The notes below the pieces were generated by a model that was not told the DNA's origin, did not search any database, and saw nothing but the letters and a program-made list of their open reading frames with translations. DNA of 62,898 bases, filler included, from Parasitella parasitica NRRL 2501 (lineage: Eukaryota > Fungi > Mucoromycota), in assembly GCA_025201805.1 (NCBI GenBank). It is 4 parts of 4 records of this genome, joined end to end, with 100 filler letters (N's around TTAATTAATTAA, not from the genome) between each part and the next. Parts side by side here need not be neighbours in the genome. Positions count along the whole stretch, not along the records: positions 1 to 25,033 come from MU619324.1; 3 more parts are not named here. One strand, 5' to 3'. Position 1 is the stretch's first letter, and each line of letters begins with the position of its first letter. Made by a program: the position numbers and the translations under genes. Of the stretch, positions 1 to 12,765 are shown piece after piece.

Positions 1-383
1 TTCAACGGGAGATATGTACTAAAAAATAGTTGCGATTTACTTTTTGATGGAATGAGAAGTTAAGAGTATTAAATCTTATGTTAAAGAAACTAATTAAAAC
101 TTCCATTATAATTATTTTTCAGATACTATTTATCTATAGAACTAGTTACTGGTTCCTGAAATATTTAACTCGACTCCAAAAGGAGTGGCCCTCTGCCAAA
201 CGAGAGTTATGCAATTTATACAAAAAAATAGTTTAGTATCATAGTGTATAATACCCTGACAGAGGTATTGAAGAGGAATACAGTAATAAAAGAGCATTGA
301 ATATCTGATTAGCACTTATCAAAAGATTGAGCTCCCGGTAGGGCGACGATGGCCGTCGTGAGCGAAGCGAGCAGGTCAGCTAG
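1..383 (+). mobile_element. Helitron-like 3' terminus (element probably extends beyond the window start)
   Basis: GC-rich hairpin-forming sequence (acgatggccgtcgt; gcgaagc) in AT-rich DNA, followed shortly by CTAG (380-383) and then T. This is the canonical Helitron 3' end. The 5' boundary is not visible. Confidence 0.55.
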
Positions 384-638
384 TAATAAATAAAGATGTT
401 TGTATTTGTTACAACAGAAAACCTTTTTTTAACTCCAGTATCGAAATAACAAATATTTGCTACATGTAAATCCATTTATGCCTACTTGGTCTACAAGTAA
501 ACATGTATGTTTTAATTAAATAACTTTGAAATATTCCAAGTATAAAGCGCATATAGTAGACTATGTTATTTTAATAAAAAAACTAGCGATAGATATGCCC
601 TAATTATCTAACTACTGTTATCTGGTCTCATTGGTGAG

Positions 639-2699
639 CTATTGATTTGCAAATGCCTTGATTTTTTGATGTAAATCTGTGGCAATTTGATTAAGGTGTT
701 TAATTTGAAGTTGCCACACAAACTTGTTACTTTTTCGTGCCCCTCCAACTTCCTAGCCTTTTTCTTCATATTATCAATGTGCGATCCTTGTAGCTCATCG
801 ATGGCTTGATATGATTCGTTGATTAGTTGCTAACAAAAGGTATTAATAATAAATAAAATGTCAAAATATGGATCAAGTATATCTTACTTTTAAGAACCAA
901 AATAGATCAATCAACTTTCTCAATTTTTCCTCTGACGTTTTTGATTCTGTTGGCACTTCGACTGAACCAATACAATTGATCACATAAACCTTGCTTGCTG
1001 GCATAAATGCTCTCCAAATCCTAATCTTTGTTGCTGAAAAACACCAGAAAATAAAACGTTAGCGGATATGACTTTTAAAGAAAAGAGAAACTACAAACGT
1101 GTCGCCTGAACAAAAAAAGAGCCAATTTTTTTGAAAATTTCAAAATCACCATAGTGGAACTTTCGCCCGATAACATGCAGCATGGCGACAAGGCCGTATC
1201 CAGCCTTGATATAATCTTGAGTTTCTTTTGGGTCATTTTGTTGAAGTAGGGGGCCTGTTGTTTCCAAGATTGCTATTTCGATCTCACTTTCTACATTTGA
1301 AATGATACCATCAGCATTATAGAAATGCCGATTGTCATTATGGATCAACTTTAGCTCCTGGGATACAGCTTCTAATCTCCTTTCACCCAATGAAAACTTA
1401 GTCTTCTGAATTGATTTTGATAACGAGTTTAGAATTGGCCATAGAATATAGTAGTTATAACTTATTTCGTTGTTGTAAACATCACTATCGTCAATAAACA
1501 ACCCGCTGACGCTATAATTAGGAAAGTTAGATAGACGCTACAGAACCTGAATGATCGATTAAAGACTTACAATGACTGCAGAACGGTATGAAAAAATTTC
1601 ATGAATGGATTGTTTGACTTAAATGCAAGCGAGGCCGCTTCGACCAGTACTTCATTTGAGGAAAACTCATCCGACAGAGCCTACCAAACACTTGAAGCGT
1701 TAATGGATATCACTATTTTACAATGTTAATTGATATTTCTACTCACAATAGTATCAAATATGTTATTGTAGAATTCATTATCTTGAACGAATGAGCAAGG
1801 TATCTCTTCAAGTGTAAGTCCAGTTTTTTTGATTAAATTTTTGGGGTAATATTCTCGTGTTATCTTGGAACCAAGCTTGTTTCCAAGTTGAACAATGTTT
1901 AAATGTTCCAAGCTATAATAAAACGATATATTCAATATAGATGTCGAGCTAAATTAATTTCATGCATACCTATACTTATCGATATCACCATCTTTCTGCA
2001 TAGTGTCAAGGATTTTCTTCCATATATCCCAGACATTCATTTCGATATCTTCTTCTACTACTATTTTTTCTTCACTCTCATATCAGCGGTGAAAAATAAT
2101 AGAAATTAGATACGGATTCTTTTCTTTGAAAGCCATTGTATACTTACTGTTTCTTCCCACGAATCATAAAGTGACGGACCGTAACGTTCTGGCGATAAAG
2201 ATAGCCCAGAATGTGTTGTTGGTGATACTTCCGATTGTGCCTCTGTTAAAGATGTCTGTGGATCCTCAGCAATTTTTCTTTTCTTGTTGTTTTGTTCAAC
2301 TGTTACTGCGCCATGTGCTTCCATTACGGTAGTAGTTCCGTAGTTGACATTATGGAAGTTGTTGACGGTAGTTTTTGATAGGTCTTCAATGAACTATTTT
2401 GAACAACATTAGTATCTTACATACTACAAAGAAAAGACAATTAACATTACTTTATCACTGATCTCTTCTGATAAATTTTCGACATAACTTTTCATGGCGT
2501 CATCTTGTACACATTGCTTTATGTTGTTGAGACATAGTTTATACTGGTGAACTACTTTATCATTTTTTAAGGGAATGCGATTTTTAAGTAGACAATGTTG
2601 CATAAAATCTTTGAAATTCCAGTCAGACACGTTGTTTTGTTTAAAGAATTCGAGCTCTTTTTTGTTTGGCAAAACAACTTTATTATTGAGGTCGAGCAT
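639..2699 (-). CDS. Multi-exon hypothetical protein with a C-terminal PD-(D/E)xK-like (restriction-endonuclease fold) motif; possibly degenerate
   Basis: ORFs 2424-2699, 2106-2324, 1726-1935 and 1091-1501 are colinear and separated by GT..AG intron-like gaps. Motif YNADGII...EIEIAILETTG...D.IK. The 3' end frame is uncertain. Confidence 0.5.
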
Positions 2700-2778
2700 T
2701 TTATTAAAGGGAAAAAAGTTGCTTTAGAAGCGATGCATTTTTTTTGTTTATTAGATGACGATATTATCAAGTCACGGG

Positions 2779-3018
2779 TTATTCATCAGCACTGTAATAT
2801 TTATGGCTTACGGTTTCCTCGTAGTATTTCCACCAACGCATGGCAGTACGAGGGTTTATCCCGAAATCCTTTGCATGCAAAGTTAATTTTCCTCTTTCCA
2901 TAGCACTTTCGATCATTCGGTCGATGAATACCTCATTGTAGTCAAAAATTTGGGATTGTCGATTTTCATCTACCAATTTCGTACGCACGGGCGTCCTGTT
3001 GTTCAGCAATCGAAGCAA
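2779..3018 (-). pseudogene. Tc1/mariner transposase N-terminal HTH fragment
   Basis: HAKDFGINPRTAMRWWK resembles AAERAAINPRTAQGWVK of the intact transposase at 12995-14320. No DDE domain follows. Confidence 0.6.
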
Positions 3019-3019
3019 T

Positions 3020-3500
3020 TCCTTTCCCGAAAAGACCCTTCTCTCTCCAAAATGTCGTTAGCTCTGTGCCCTTGAGCTTGATAGCAAGTCCTTGAGCATT
3101 GCAATATATACACCCGATCGCCATCATACTTCTAGCTCCGAGCTCCAGACAATGCGAGGCATAGCGTGCTACCCTGCCCAGAACAGCCTTGCCCTAACGC
3201 ATGTAGCCCAATCCGAGTGTGGAATGGAGTGCTTTGATCCAAACGGTCGAATGGCAAGAAGATGCAAACAGATGTGGATCTGATGGAAAGCAGGACCACA
3301 TCCCCCCGATACTTTAAAGATTACCGTTTATCAAAGTTATGCAGCTTCTGTTTGTCCAAGAGCTTGTGACAGCACGTTTTCAAAGGAGTTTGGTGTTCTG
3401 TCTTGCGAAGGCTGCCACAAGGTCTGGCAAAGAGACGTTCATGCAGCTCGAATCATGATGGCCATACCCTAATCGATCTGGTGTGGACAAAAGTGATATC
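3020..3500 (+). pseudogene. Fanzor/TnpB-like RNA-guided nuclease relic (C-terminal Zn finger and RuvC-III)
   Basis: From 3316: KDYRLSKLCSFC. After a frameshift, from 3383: KEFGVLSCEGCHKVWQRDVHAARIMMAIP*SIWCG. Together these give the TnpB/Fanzor pattern SKxCxxC...CxxC..W.RD..AA. Contains stops and frameshifts; the 5' limit is approximate. Confidence 0.7.
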
Positions 3501-3693
3501 ACCGTAGCAACCACGGATACCCCCCCCGAGAGCGTTCAGGATATCTTACAGGTAATAATAATGCAACAATAAAGTGGTATACAGGATCAAGAAATAAACA
3601 AAACGCATACCCACGAACATGCATACATGACAATAAAATTTTATTTTATTATAGACAGATACATAAACGATATTGCATAATCTCAATATTGTT

Positions 3694-3997
3694 TTACTGA
3701 GGAATGGCACCGTAAGCTTGGCCCTGATTAGTGGTTGTATACACAGGCTGGTTACGTAGTTGCTCCTCCTCTCTCTTCTTGACCAAGACGTAGAAAGCGT
3801 GTACGTGGCCAGGTAAATAGCCAAGCAGTGTGAGACAGCTGCAAATGATTGTTAGCCTTTGTAATTCCCCTTGACTAATTTACAGCATTGCACACTTACA
3901 GGTTGATCCAAAAGTCAGCTCCACATCCCTTCATAAAGAACACGCCTAGTGGGGGCAGGAGAATGATTATTATGATTAAACAGCATGTACCGATCAT
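3694..3997 (-). CDS. PMP3: PMP3/UPF0057 plasma-membrane proteolipid (80 aa, 2 exons; absent from the ORF track)
   Basis: Exons 3997-3900 and 3838-3694, intron GTAAGT..GCAG. Translation MIGTCCLIIIIILLPPLGVFFMKGCGADFWINLCLTLLGYLPGHVHAFYV... carries the LPPLGV...GC..DF.IN..LT.LG..PG family signature. Confidence 0.9.
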
Positions 3998-4133
3998 TTT
4001 TATTTTAGAGGCGAAACAAAAGAGGGAGCAGGATGGACAGACACCGGTTTATATTCGACGATTGTGGGTGTAGTTAGGGGCTGGTGATCTTGGACAAATT
4101 GATTTTACAAAAAGCATCCTGTATACGCAGATG

Positions 4134-4609
4134 TCATATGGGTGGAAAGAAAACTTCCCGCAGGTTACTCAAAAAGCCCTTATCGTATATATTTTCAATC
4201 TCTTCAAAGCTTTGGACCCTTTGCTCTTGCTTCATTTCGACAGACCCATTCTTTCTGTTGCATTTTTTAGAATGATCTTCAACCGAAGTTGATGTGCCTG
4301 ACGCATCGCTGTCTTTTACAGCAACTTTTTTATACAATTCTCCTCTGTCTATTGATTCTTCTACCATTTCCCATTTGAATGCTTCATTTGTAGTAATTCC
4401 TCTGCTAGCTAAATAAAGCCTTTGGCGTAGGTCAGAGTGTGATATTTCTCATAAGGAAGAGGTATTATGCTTACTGATAAATCAAGAAAATCAGCACCAC
4501 TGCAGAAACTACGGAAGCTAAGATGCCTATTGCACCTATGATTCTATCATGATGAAGTACATACTAGGTTTTGCACGGAATCAGATTAGTGTCACTATAC
4601 GGTAGTAAA

Positions 4610-4651
<42 letters not shown>

Positions 4652-4921
4652 TAAAAATGCTCGATGGAATGTAATAATAGATTGCTGTCCAGTTCGAGAA
4701 TCTTGTACCAATGCTCTATCCAGTCCCCATTCGATAATCATGCCACGGTACACCTGAAAACAGAGGTAAGCGCCATACGCACAGAATTCAACCAACACGT
4801 ATAGAAATAAAAAGAAATAACGCTGATTATTTTCTCCAACACACTGGTTGATCCAAGCGCAATGATGGTCTGATCTACCCACACATGCTTTACACATGGA
4901 GCAATGTTTTGAGCGGGCAGG
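4134..4921 (-). CDS. DHHC palmitoyltransferase (SWF1-like); 5' part lost in the assembly gap 4977-5586
   Basis: [30 protein letters not shown] is the DHHC-CRD motif; TTNE motif; C-terminal [17 protein letters not shown]. Confidence 0.9.
4611..4648. repeat. (CA)n microsatellite in an intron
   Basis: About 19 CA units immediately after a splice donor on the minus strand. Confidence 0.95.
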
Positions 4922-6043
4922 TCTAGGAGTTCTATATCAATACGGCTGGATCCACACAGTATATATATATACATATNNNNNNNNNNNNNNNNNNNNNNNN
5001 NNNNNNNNNNNNNNNNNNNNNNNNNNNNNNNNNNNNNNNNNNNNNNNNNNNNNNNNNNNNNNNNNNNNNNNNNNNNNNNNNNNNNNNNNNNNNNNNNNNN
5101 NNNNNNNNNNNNNNNNNNNNNNNNNNNNNNNNNNNNNNNNNNNNNNNNNNNNNNNNNNNNNNNNNNNNNNNNNNNNNNNNNNNNNNNNNNNNNNNNNNNN
5201 NNNNNNNNNNNNNNNNNNNNNNNNNNNNNNNNNNNNNNNNNNNNNNNNNNNNNNNNNNNNNNNNNNNNNNNNNNNNNNNNNNNNNNNNNNNNNNNNNNNN
5301 NNNNNNNNNNNNNNNNNNNNNNNNNNNNNNNNNNNNNNNNNNNNNNNNNNNNNNNNNNNNNNNNNNNNNNNNNNNNNNNNNNNNNNNNNNNNNNNNNNNN
5401 NNNNNNNNNNNNNNNNNNNNNNNNNNNNNNNNNNNNNNNNNNNNNNNNNNNNNNNNNNNNNNNNNNNNNNNNNNNNNNNNNNNNNNNNNNNNNNNNNNNN
5501 NNNNNNNNNNNNNNNNNNNNNNNNNNNNNNNNNNNNNNNNNNNNNNNNNNNNNNNNNNNNNNNNNNNNNNNNNNNNNNNNNNNNNNAAAAAAAAAAAAAA
5601 AAAAAATCTCGGTCAAAAATGGCATTTATTTGGATCAAAACTACAGCCGACGTACCTCAATGAAGGCGATTCACCAAAAAGTAAGGTGAATACGACGAAT
5701 CCAAAAACTGTTAGGGATAGAACAAGGTAGGCCACTAGCTCCTAAATCTTGTATGTTAGTCTCCTCTTTACCAGAGCAAAATCCCGAGAATTATTAACCA
5801 TTCTGTATAGCCGAGGCAAGATTTGCAGTTGTTATATAATAATAATATATGAATATAAAAAAGGGACTCTTTGGAGCACGTTTTGCGTCAAGTTAATAAT
5901 TGCATGTGCCACCTTAATTTCCTTATGAGCTCAGAAGCAGTCAGTCTTTGTACAGTACATGCCTTTTGTTAATGCACAAGCAATGAGTTTGAACGATAGC
6001 AACGTGGAAACGTTTCACTTGATACATAGAGCAAAAGTCTCGT

Positions 6044-8221
6044 TTATTGTAAAGTAAAAAAATGACTAGCATCATGCATCATTGCAAACCACGGGTGAGG
6101 AAACTGATCATAATAACCTACATCAAATTTACCATTTCTTACTTTAAACCTATCGGCCGCTGTTGCAAAGAACGTTGAATCTAAATGTGGTAATTGATGG
6201 CCCTGAGTAGATATAATCACATCTAGCTCTTCCAAGCAAGATTTCATCATTAATCCAGCTTCTTTTGAAATTTGTTTGTTGCGTGATACGGCCAACAATA
6301 TAAGTACATCCAGAGCATGAAAAAAGTGTTTGCTAGCCGATAAAATATAGTTGCCTGCATACAATAACGTGAAAATCAATATCTTTTTACATGTCACTTG
6401 CTTAAAAAAAAAGGGGGTGGGGGGGCACTAAATAGACTTACAAGATTTCGTATCAGCTATAGCTAGTTGGTGGGTTGCATGTATCAGTAGCTGAGCGCTC
6501 TTCAATGATTCACTCAGCGAATGCTGCTGCACCAGGGACAACAGCTGATGTCCCTGATCAGATAATGCTTTCGGCTGCAAGAAGCTAGAATAGATGCTGA
6601 TATTGAGAAAATGATATTGTATGAAATTCACGAGTAGCACAGAATCCGTTGTTTGCTCAATGGCATCATTGCACTTTTTTGCGTCATTCAAGTCATCGCA
6701 AAGCCGTAGTTCTGCTGGTACAGCTGCCGTGTATTCTTTCATTACCTGCTCCATCCTTACGATTGACTCGAAGCTAAACGAGGACGCTTTACCCAATTGG
6801 ATGCGATGAATGTTTGCCTATTATGTATATTTATGCTGTTTAAGCAGCTATATTGTACAATCATGCGCGCTTACACCGTACCAGAAATTTTTTGACAAAG
6901 CTCTGGTTGTGCAGATTGATGATCCAATTCTGTGATTTAACGAATCTCTTTGTTTCGTCGGGTTCATCTGCCGTATACTTCCAAATAGGAAAATGAAACC
7001 CGCTTTTTTCCGTTGAATCGTTTGCAATATAGTCCAGTAATCGACTCATGAGGGCGGATGCTGTCATATGTCGAGTAAACAGCATTTTGTCAATGTCAGT
7101 GATTGGATCTTGGTGTATGCTAAGGGTATAATCGAGAGCAGCATCTTGTTGCTCGGCTGAGCCAGGGACTCGGTATTCAGGGTAATCATTTCTCAAGTCA
7201 ACCAAGATCTGATAAGCCATAGATACCAACTGACGACTTTCTGCAAATCGAAGTGTGATTTGCAGGTATTGCATCAATAAATTGACGGCCATTGCATTTT
7301 CTAATCTTTTCTCGGGCTGATCAAACTGGTCCAGAATGATATTCTTTGCTTTGGCGTAAAAATAGTCGCCCATGTTTCGTCGTTCTCGAGGTGAAAATAG
7401 CAAATGTTGACATGGAGTCGAGCAGACGTATGAACATATAGAAAGCGTAATGAGGTCTGTCAATGGGTCCTGGATGGGCTTCAATTGATCTCGGTAGGAA
7501 TTTTCGTGCACCAGTGGATTGTACACATTGTGGCATCGAAAGTAAATGTCTACCAACTGATCTACAAGTGATTTTGGGTCCAATAGTAGCAAAGAGGGTA
7601 TCAGTAAAGACATGGGCAGTCCATTGGTTTTATCCGTCAGATTCCCTGCCAAGACCTTGAGCGTGAAGGGAATCAGACTGCCAGAGCTTTCTTTTTCAAA
7701 GCTCAAGAGTATCTCGCCATTGCTGTCAGACGATCTGCAGCCGCCGTAATTTATCGGTGACAGATAAGTTACATTTAGATTGAATTGCATTAATTCACTG
7801 ATATTACGGATGCCTGTTTCTATTTGAAAGCTGCCGTTTTGAATTCTAAAACTCCAGTCATGAAACAGACTTTGAATCATCGTGTTTGCTATTTCAGGCA
7901 GGCTATTCTTCAAACGACACCTGTTCAATTGCTCTTGCATGTGGGAAATTGCTTCTTCTAGCTGCTTCACTTGGTTTTGCAACACATAAACGTCTTTATA
8001 CTGGTAAAGTTGATTTGGCTCTGCTTTCTCGTCTTGCCTGCTGGTCGCCTGCTGTTGGCATGGCTTACCAAACTTTTTGCATCGAACACACTCATGATTT
8101 GGGTTGGGACGCACGCATTTTCGGCGCTGCTTACGACATTCTATTGCATATGAATTTTCGAGATACAAAATGCAAACATGAGCAATGATTTACCTGTGCA
8201 AGGGGTATTTCGACCTTTCAT
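6044..8221 (-). CDS. Zn(II)2Cys6 fungal transcription factor with a middle homology region
   Basis: Spliced N-terminus MKGRNTPCT|ECRKQRRKCVRPNPNHECVRCKKFGKPC, followed by LVDIYFRCHNVYNPLVHE. Downstream exons 6428-6796 and 6044-6397. Confidence 0.88.
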
Positions 8222-8435
8222 TTGGGCACCTAGAGCAGTGGACCAAATTTAAAAGGGCCAAACCAGACAAGAGTAGAAAAAAGTGAGTCGACCGAGAACG
8301 ACTTGCGTTTATAAGAATCCCTTTTTCAAACGAAACGTCAGGAATGATTGGCCAAGTTTCAGTGTAATTTCATGGTGTCCGAATCTTTAAATTCACCTCG
8401 AAATTGGATATATATTTTATTAAAGAGAACGTCGT

Positions 8436-11228
8436 TTAACACATCACTTCTAGTTGAGCAGGTCTAACCTGTAACGATGCTGGGTTTCTAACAAGAACAA
8501 TCGACTTTAAGGAGCGGTTTTGCCTACTTGTAGTATGAGCAAGGGTGTTGTAATGATACATTGTGTGGAACTTACGTTGCGTCGATGGCATTCATCTCTT
8601 TTAAACCTCCTACAGTGCATGCGCCAATGCCAAATCCATAGCCAAGAGATAATGAAAAATCACCGTTTGTAATGTAACCTATTTGCTCAGATTTGGGGGG
8701 TATTTCGCACGCGGCCTGTAATGATGAAAAGGTCAGAATAGCTCTATCTATGACACTATCAAATCTGTACATTTTGGTCTTTTCCCCTGATTTCCATGAG
8801 CTCTTTCAGCTTTCTCTTGCTTTTGATCAAAGGCGATTGATGCCGCATATGAAAAGTACACTTGTCATAATCTTGTTGATCTTTGAGAATATATACCATG
8901 GCATGTGCAGCAGGCTTTCCTCTATCTATGTATTTGATTCTTATTTTAACCAGTGTCTGATTTAGATCAAGGTCGTCTACTGCAATGCCAAGCTTTGACA
9001 GGAATGCATCCGACTTTGGTGAAGGTGCCAAGAAACCAGACACGAACCTGTCTCCGCAGATCAAAGAATACAAAGGTCGCACTGCCAAGTTGTGCTGTGG
9101 TTCCGTTTGCATATGGTCTGCCGTTGTTAAACTCTCAAAAGCAGATTCAAACGGATGCTCAATACCACGCTTTGCAAAGTTAACTCGTTTTGCAGGAGGT
9201 CGTTTACTCCAGATTTCCTGGGCGGCCTTTTTGGTTAATTGGCGTTGCACTTCAAATGCTCTTGTGCCGGGATAGTCCTGAGGAAAGCAAGGCATGCCGC
9301 TCTCAAAGTGCATGGCTCGAATATCATCGTATCCTGCAACTCGCGCGCCAGCAAAAACGAGTGATTTCCAGAACGCAAGGCCGAATCCACGGGGGATAAT
9401 TATAGACCACCCTTCAATCAGCTCGTGCGACGATAGCGGCTTCTGGGTAACATCAGGCCTATTAAAGCTTGGCCCGCCACGTTGAATGAGAAGAATAGGG
9501 ATCTGAGCGTCTTGCGCTGTCGGCTTCAACTGACTGCCTGGAATAAGGTTTTCTTCTCGACGCAAATTCAAGCCGTACTCAGGGACCTTGTTGTCAAAAA
9601 TCGATTTACGTATGTCCTTGTCCCATAGGGTTGTATTTGCTGCATCTGATGGCCATTGAGTCAAGGTACTTTGAATTTTTCGCTGATCTTCCGCAGAAAT
9701 GACACTGCTGCGAGGGGGAACTTTTTGGGGAAATCTACACAGATGTGAGATACATTAGACTCAAGTTACACACGTACACTTTTACCTCAAACGAGGATCT
9801 TGGACAAGTAGGCCAAGAACACTGCCGGGAGACAAGGAACAAGATGAACGGAGTTGGCCAAGGTCTTTCCAAACAGCGTTTCCACGAATAGTCTCATCCG
9901 GCACAGGGTCAAGAATGGCTTGCAGAAGAGCAGTTGATCGAGGGCCAGTCAATTCAAATCTCAAAACGTCATTGCGTAGATCATTCAATTCCACATGTGT
10001 CGCTTCTGTTTCCTTTATGGCGAGTTTGATAAACACCAATGCTTCGTTAATGGCAGAAGGATGGATCCACAGCCAAATGGTGTCCCTTGTCATTGGTTTC
10101 CATAGAAATGAGATGGGACAAATCAGCTTGGTGGGATATCCCAAGTATTCGTACAGACAAGTCGTCCCAACGCGGTTTCCCTTGATGAATCTAGCCATAG
10201 AAAAAAAAAAGGTCTGAGTGCCGTGCGCTGATTTCGTCATACACACGGCGGATACTTACCTCTCGCTGCCAACTGATGGAGATCCCTTATCCGTGAGCGA
10301 ATCCAGGATGTTGATGATCCCGGCCTGATCGCCTTTTAATTCTATGCATGCCATGTAAGATGCATCGTGAACAATCGAAAGGCGTGTGAATGATCGATAT
10401 GTGATGCGCACTGATTTTGTATTTGGACGAGACGCAATTCTATAACCCCAAATGTCCTTCATTTTCATTCGTTTAGCATGCCAAATGTGTGTTTCTAGCC
10501 ATTTTTTCGATTCTATTTGCAAATTGTTTTTAGCTGGCGATAATCTTTACATGCAGCGAGTGTGTTTTTACTTTGACGTCGAAGGAATTCTTGCACAGTA
10601 ATTCTAGGTGTTTTGATCTTTTTCACTTTCTTGCGGACAAGCGGACTGTTGGGAGCAGAACTGTAGGCCTAGTTTTTGGGCAGAATGTCAGTGAGGAATT
10701 CAATATCTGACTTTATGGCTGCAATGTTCCATACTTCTCTGGCTGCTTTTTCCCTCAATCTAGCAGGGAGTCTGTTTATATTATGGCTTGCTGCACGACG
10801 ACGAAGCCCGCGAGGTAATGATTGAAATGCGAGTTCGGTCAAGGCATAACTAGTGATACCTGGGTCAGATGTCAAGCTAATGAAAGGGCGGTTCTCATTA
10901 CTTGCCTTGCTTTTTTGATCGCCTGTTGCATATCGTTGATCTCCATAATCCGAGCAAGAGCGTATCGATCTGCCTCAATGGGCCCGCTTACTTTTGGTAT
11001 CTCATCAGCTGGATGAACAAAGTGTCAACGTCATGCACTCGCAATATTCTTTTGAAATCCATTACCAAGTGTGTTGTCTGTCTTGTTGTGTGTACCGATA
11101 TGACGGGCCGACTTGTTTCTCTCTAGGTTCGATCAGCCCCATCAACATGTATCTCTCACATTAACTTTTTGCTTGGACATACCTCGTCGTTTCTGCTTTC
11201 CAGACGGGCTATCTTTTCCCAATGACAT
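8436..11228 (-). CDS. POP1: RNase P/MRP subunit POP1
   Basis: FQSLPRGLRRRAASHN, WLETHIWHAKRMKM, GWSIIIPRG...FPQDYP, KRPPAKRVNF and IGYITNGDFSLSLG motifs across multiple exons. Confidence 0.95.
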
Positions 11229-11542
11229 GGTCAAATGCTGATGTTGTATGTCCAAAAGAAAAAGAGAATAATTATAAAAAAAAAAAAAAAAAAAAAAGTA
11301 GGTAAAGCAGTGACAACAAGAGCAACCTCGGCATGGAGAGTCCAAGAAGCACAAGGGCAGCCACCAAGAAGCGAGCGCCTTGGCCGCATTCATTGGCTCA
11401 AACTTGATTAAAGCGAGGTGTTGCACCTTTCATGAAACTATTGGTTGAAACAAACAAATTACTATAAATATAAAAATGAACGAGGCATAGGGTTCATTCT
11501 ACTCTTCTTCCTTTTTGTTTGTTTTCCCCCTCCAAAGCAGAA

Positions 11543-12681
11543 ATGCCATTGATTCAATTCCTATCTGTTATAGCCACCACAGCAGTTGCCTTGGTAAAAT
11601 GCGTGGATATTCTGTATGCGATTAAAGCCGAGAAATTAACTAATCCATGCATATAGCTCATCGGATTCTTGTTATTCTGCTCTCCAAAACCAAGAGAGAG
11701 GACAGAGAATGAAAAATACTACAAAGACGCCAAATCCAAAGAAAAGAAGCTGCTACCCAGTATATTCGATGCGCCTAGCTTAAAGCTGTCATGTATCGTG
11801 CCTGCATTTGACGAAGCCAAAAGATTGCCGTCCATGTTGAAGGAAACTGTCGACTATTTGGAAGAGCAAAAGGACAAAGATCCCAGCTACAGCTACGAGA
11901 TTATCATTGTCGATGATGGCAGTAGAGACAACACTATTCAAGTTGCTATGGATTTCGCTGAAACGGTATCTTTTGCTGACATTCGTGTTCTGGCATTGGA
12001 TGAAAATAGAGGCAAAGGCGGTGCTGTTACTCAGGTAAGGGTCGTCTAGTAGATGTGAGGGGAATATGGGCTGGTTGTTAATGCGGGAAATGAAGGGGAT
12101 GCTATCGGCTCGTGGCGAATTGTGCTTGATGGTGGATGCAGATGGTGCAACACAATTCTCAGATCTCGGCAAACTTGTCGAGGATATGAAGCGAATCAAG
12201 AAAGATGGACAAGGCGTGGTTGTTGGGTCAAGGTCTCATTTAGTCACTACAGAGGCTGTTGTCAAGGTAAAGAAGCATTTCTTCGAGTGACTCAATAGAC
12301 TGACGCCTTGATTTTTTTTTTTTTTTTTTTCAGCGATCATTCATTAGAAACTTTTTAATGCGAGGTTTTCATTTGTTGGTCTACGTTCTCGGCATCAGAG
12401 GGATTGAAGATACTCAATGTGGGTTCAAACTGTTTACTCGCAAATCAGCTCAAATTATATTCCCCAATATGCATGTCGAGAGATGGATTTTTGATATCGA
12501 GTGTCTTATGATTGCACAGCTGCAAAAGATGCCTATTTCAGAGGTCCAAGTTACGTGGCATGAGATTGATGGGTCCAAGGTCAACTTGATGATGGATTCT
12601 ATGAAAATGGCTGTTGATTTACTACTTATTAGACTTAATTATATTTTTGGCTTTTGGTCTGTCAAAAACGACTCGAATTAA
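11543..12681 (+). CDS. ALG5: Dolichyl-phosphate beta-glucosyltransferase
   Basis: GT2 motifs [49 protein letters not shown] and WHEIDGSK; N-terminal membrane-anchor exon. Confidence 0.93.
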
Positions 12682-12765
12682 AACGTGTAACATGTACCAA
12701 ACAATGTATAAAAAAGATCGCGCCTCAAATTTGGCCTTTTGTTGTTTGTCTTGTATCCACCTGTA

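Noticed and set aside
4738-5663. Long ORFs spanning N gaps (also 44223-45183 and 46527-47385)
   Set aside because: They are artefacts of translating Ns. The FTWS/LRGH/YVVI periodic peptides are simply translations of the 12/15-bp array.
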